NCBI GenBank assembly: GCA_051362555.1
Contig: CM120645.1
Span: 24,084,934 to 24,148,933 of the forward strand
DNA: 64,000 nt
Reading direction: 5' to 3'
DNA from: Lingula anatina
Lineage: Eukaryota > Animalia > Brachiopoda
A model generated the notes under the pieces. It had not been told where the DNA came from. It saw only the letters and a program-made list of their open reading frames with translations, and searched no databases. A program made the position numbers and the translations under genes. The stretch's first letter is position 1. Each line of letters opens with the position of its first letter. Below are positions 62,418 through 64,000 of this stretch, piece after piece.

Positions 62418-62934
62418 AGGGAGTCAAAGATATTTAAACAAGGCAGAACCTCCAATGTCCTTGTCACTGAAAGGTGACTGGAAATGTTTTAGCTACCAAG
62501 AACATGAGTTATTTTAAGACTAAAAACTGTTCAATATATTACACAATTGTGAGTTTTAAAGGCCATGGGGAAAATAAATTTTTAATTTACTATGTTTTTA
62601 TAATCAATAAATAAAGTTTAATGAATGAATGAATGAATGAACGAGTGCTTTTATCTATTCAGTTAAATTCATATATGCTCTATTTTCATGGTGCTTACAC
62701 CAGAACGGCATGAGGTAATAAATACAGGCAGATGATAATTGTTTGTGTCAGTGTTGTAAAATTATGTAAATATGCCGAAAGTTGTTCAATTATATTTAAA
62801 ATGTTTTTCTTTACAACAGCCACATATGCTGGGAAACTGAATGGGCTGTGTGGAGATTTCGATGGTGATTCTGCTGACGATGAATCCCCCTGTTCTGGAG
62901 GCCCTCCTGCAGATTGCTTTGTGGATGACGGAAG
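50017..62934 (+). CDS. Secreted NIDO + VWD domain protein (alpha-tectorin/SNED-like), 3'-partial
   Basis: Signal-like MKSDSVGYFLVISMMAAI (50017-50071). Exons 54623-54768 (LYPYGPAEGD), 58875-59168 (VNTNGVLSF..IIAPFWADI), 59938-60074 (NTFQVVLATDG), 60951-61120 (AGFNKGDG..GRWVFRVD), 61519-61757 (CMVRGDPHF), 62148-62334, 62820-62934 (GLCGDFDG). Continues beyond the window; linking the first exon is inferred from phase. Confidence 0.85.
50255..51541. mobile_element. Foldback / long-TIR non-autonomous element
   Basis: Arms 50255-50792 and 51005-51541 are near-perfect reverse complements around a 212-bp spacer. Confidence 0.92.
52057..53051 (+). mobile_element. Non-autonomous Kolobok-like element retaining the first transposase exon
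   Basis: TTAA-AGACAGTCTCAG ... CTGAGACTGTCT-TTAA. Exon 52357-52568 MAQTRVK..TVYVGREVGRWRTLKAELGLTYEAMAKLLLD followed by GTGAGT. Confidence 0.82.
55211..58518 (+). mobile_element. Large HINE/Helentron-type element with internal satellite
   Basis: 5' ATGTACAGACAC..GTGTCTGTACAT palindrome; (GTCGCC)n; ~6 units of 161-168 bp (CCGATAACACGATAAGTGGAAAA) at 55300-56250; degenerate longer repeats at 56660-57800; 3' TGTCTGTACAT plus CAGCTTTGCTG hairpin plus TTGTTTT. Confidence 0.85.
58091..58190 (+). repeat. (TA)n plus the 3' end of a CCTCCGCCAAGG-family HINE
   Basis: GCTGCCTGGGCAGAGGTCTGCACTCTCGGAGTGTTTTTCTAGTTT resembles 47848-47890. Confidence 0.65.
59241..59580 (+). mobile_element. HINE, same family as 47636-47890
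   Basis: TACCTCCGCCAA.., (TGTC)n, GAAACGGCATTGG.TGGAGACTTTGCTGCCTT.., GGTCTGCGCT..GAGTGCTTTTCTAGTT. Confidence 0.82.
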
Positions 62935-63466
62935 GTAAGTAATGTTTAGGAACACTGTATCCAACAAGGCCTTCCAGTTTCAGAAAACATTCACTAAGTG
63001 TGTGTCAGTCCAGGACCAGTTATATACCCCAGGCCACAATTAACAACTTGTCCATGAGCCGTCGGTGTATTGCTTCGTGTGAGGCCGAAGGTAGTTACAC
63101 TTGGTACTCAAATCTATGTGGACTCAGAATTTGGACCCCCCCCCCATGTCATTACATATTAATTGACTGTAACACTCACAAATTATTGGTTATGATTAAA
63201 TTAAGGATTGTATACTGTTATTGCTGTCCATGCATATTAGATAATAGCATACAATTAAATCACTTCCTGCATTTATATTTTTTCAGTACAAGTACATGTA
63301 TAAAATCAAATCTTTGCCACTTAACCCAACCAAATGCCCTCAAGTAGTTTCAAATAGTATAAATTAAAGAAATACCAAAAGGCATCGTCTCATTCTTCAG
63401 ATATTTTAATTCCGTTTGTGCCATATAAAACCCACAGCAGTTATGCATCATACATTACTACATGTT

Positions 63467-63920
63467 CAGGGCCGTAGCCTCCGGAGGGGCAGGGGGGGCA
63501 GCTGCCCCCCCCCCCCCCCTTGGAAATTGGGGTGCAAAAAAAATAATTGCAAAGGTAAAAAAATAACTGCAAAGTTGGTATCAATTCTGTGAGAAAAGGC
63601 ACTCATGGCCACTAGACAATCATTCAACAATCTGTTTACAAAGGTGTATTGTTTTTATCCAACTCAGTCCATTCCAAAAAGCTCACCCTCCCTGAGGGAG
63701 CTATCCCCCAGGCCAATTGGCGTGTTGTGTTGAAAAAATGACTGTACTTATGGCAAAATGAACCCACAATTTCTGACTCCTGATTGAGCAATAAATAACA
63801 GTTAAAATGCACCAGAATGCAGTATTATACATACAGTTTTTAAAAATTTTCCACACTTCGCTTCGCCCCCTCGTGTCCGCTTACTGTCCCCCCTGGCATT
63901 TTGCTCAGGCTACGGCCCTG
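63467..63920. mobile_element. hAT-like MITE with 5-bp TSD
   Basis: TIR CAGGGCCGTAGCCT ... AGGCTACGGCCCTG, with ATGTT on both sides. Confidence 0.82.
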
Positions 63921-64000
63921 ATGTTGCGTCCTTTTAAGAAGGGGAGGGATGGATAATTATGTCACATTGACTTTTTTCTTAAGTATGTTTTTTTAGACAC

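Overview
AT-rich, intron-rich animal genomic DNA; the repeat content suggests a marine invertebrate, but the species cannot be determined here. The first 28 kb holds four compact spliced genes: a DUF4062-NACHT-TPR (NPHP3/TEP1-like) gene on + that is 5'-partial, a BTB-BACK-Kelch gene on -, TSR2 on + and SEC61 alpha on -. The 28-64 kb part is rich in transposons. It contains a complete DIRS1-like tyrosine-recombinase retrotransposon on - (33345-43629) whose gag is split by a decayed 5.2-kb Kolobok-like DNA transposon that itself carries LINE fragments. It also has a decayed Tc1, Helentron-type (HINE) elements with ~165-bp satellites, a 1.3-kb foldback element, a second Kolobok, several MITEs, and a 3'-partial secreted NIDO-VWD gene on +. 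The most notable observation is an apparent expression code in the DIRS. An in-frame A_AAA_AAC -1 slippery site sits in the gag/pol overlap, and a GT-AG intron candidate (36915-35066) would remove RT/RNaseH and fuse the same -1 frame precisely onto the recombinase. This suggests Gag, Gag-Pol and Gag-YR from one transcription unit; it is an inference and untested. All coordinates were read by eye.
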